Source: an uncultured Acidobacterium sp. (lineage in GTDB: Bacteria; Acidobacteriota; Terriglobia; Terriglobales; Acidobacteriaceae). Taken from it: a stretch of 64,000 nt of DNA. The stretch is from NCBI GenBank assembly GCA_964610635.1, contig CAZSWI010000003.1, positions 194-64,193 on the forward strand. The letters are read 5' to 3'. Position 1 is the stretch's first letter; each line of letters begins with the position of its first letter. Made by a program: the position numbers and the translations under genes. The notes under the pieces were generated by a model. It saw nothing but the letters and a program-made list of their open reading frames with translations, searched no databases and was not told where the DNA came from. Of the stretch, positions 63,227 through 64,000 are shown piece after piece.

Positions 63227-64000
63227 GTGTCTCGTCCTCGTCTCGTTATCATAGGAGCCGGCATTGTTGGACTCGCCACAGGGCTGGAGTTTCTGCGCAG
63301 TCATCCCGATGCGGAACTGGTGATCCTCGAAAAGGAATCAGAGATTGCTCGCCATCAGACGAGCCATAACAGCGGCGTAATCCATTCGGGCATCTATTAC
63401 AAGCCGGGATCGCTCAAGGCGAAGCTCTGCCGCGCCGGCTCGGGCGACATGGTCCGCTTCTGCCAGGAACACCGGATTCCGTATCTGATCACCGGCAAAC
63501 TGATCGTTGCCACGCAGCCGGAGGAACTCCCGAAACTCGAAATGCTGTTCCAGCGCGGAATCGCCAATGGCATCCCCAACCTTCGCCTCGTTTCGCCGGC
63601 TGAGATTGCGGAACTGGAACCGCACGCTTCAGGACTGCGCGGAATTCATGTCCCCGAGGTCGGCGTCGTCGACTATCTCAATGTCGCGCGCAAAATGGGC
63701 GAGTTGATTCGGCAGCTCGGAGGGGATATTCGCTGCGATGCCGCAGTGCTTGGAATCCGTGAAACCTCGGATGCGGTGGAGATCAGGACGAAGCACGGCG
63801 ACTTTGCCGCCACTTATGTTGTCAACTGCGCCGGTTTGCAGAGCGACTATGTGGGGCGCATGGCCGGATCGCACGATAACGTGCGCATTGTCCCGTTTCG
63901 CGGCGAATATTACGAAGTCGTGCCTCAGAGGCGCAGCCTGGTGAACGGACTTATCTATCCGGTTCCTGATCCGCGCTTCCCCTTCCTGGGCGTCCACTTC
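63227..64000 (+). CDS. lhgO: L-2-hydroxyglutarate oxidase/dehydrogenase, N-terminal 258 codons (runs off the window; absent from the ORF track because no stop is reached)
   Basis: The GTG at 63227 lies 5 nt after AGGAGG. The translation VSRPRLVIIGAGIVGLATGLEFL...LEKESEIARHQTSHNSGVIHSGIYYKPGSLKAKLC...FRGEYYEV...LIYPVPDPRFPFLGVHF is collinear with E. coli LhgO (...LEKES..A.HQTGHNSGVIHAGVYY.PGSLKA...PFRGEYF...LIYPIPDP..PFLGVH). Confidence 0.85.
   Translation, partial: MSRPRLVIIGAGIVGLATGLEFLRSHPDAELVILEKESEIARHQTSHNSGVIHSGIYYKPGSLKAKLCRAGSGDMVRFCQEHRIPYLITGKLIVATQPEELPKLEMLFQRGIANGIPNLRLVSPAEIAELEPHASGLRGIHVPEVGVVDYLNVARKMGELIRQLGGDIRCDAAVLGIRETSDAVEIRTKHGDFAATYVVNCAGLQSDYVGRMAGSHDNVRIVPFRGEYYEVVPQRRSLVNGLIYPVPDPRFPFLGVHF

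Noticed and set aside
1-64000. Mobile elements, prophage, defence systems, integrons or rRNA/tRNA genes.
   Set aside because: No transposase, integrase, recombinase, reverse transcriptase, nuclease/helicase defence-type ORFs, terminal inverted repeats or structured RNA gene signatures were recognised anywhere in the window on either strand.

Overview
GC-rich bacterial chromosomal segment. The protein families suggest Acidobacteriota/Terriglobia, but that is inference only. Housekeeping genes sit at both edges: gatA 3' end, a CPBP protease, citrate synthase and a ThiO-like oxidase on the left, lhgO on the right. Between about 8.6 kb and 63 kb essentially every credible gene is on the + strand, forming a roughly 54-kb exopolysaccharide/cell-surface supercluster. 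It opens with a small regulatory head: an orphan NarL-type response regulator, a PilZ-like protein and a NusG/UpxY-like antiterminator. An export and chain-length block follows: Wza-like exporter, beta-barrel, Wzz/GumC-like protein, ExeA-like ATPase and BY-kinase. After that come a priming phosphoglycosyl transferase, five Leloir glycosyltransferases, a Wzy/O-antigen-ligase-like protein, a Wzx flippase and two nucleotide-sugar cassettes (WbpB/D/E-like and a CDP-hexose/C-methyltransferase cassette). Tailoring genes include two AsnB paralogs, a FemAB-like GNAT, a PIG-L deacetylase, a pyruvyl transferase and a CheR-type methyltransferase. The cluster ends with secreted proteins, a PQQ quinohemoprotein and a 2636-aa surface protein followed by a clean intrinsic terminator. 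I found no rRNA, tRNA, CRISPR array, transposase or integrase. The two most unusual observations are these. (i) The priming sugar transferase carries an N-terminal degenerate GGDEF-like domain that keeps an RxxD motif at the canonical I-site spacing, making it a candidate c-di-GMP receptor fused to the initiating enzyme. (ii) The giant protein ends in an Ig-like module interrupted by a two-helix hairpin whose second helix looks like a lipoprotein signal peptide (lipobox LSGC). Other points of interest are a Cys-less AsnB paralog next to a FemAB-like gene and a PQQ dehydrogenase with an N-terminal cytochrome c domain and a DxD (lanthanide-type) signature. There is also a 537-bp tandem duplication inside the giant gene, and several short tandem duplications lie at gene junctions. 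All calls rest on reading the translations and DNA by eye; no database search was run.
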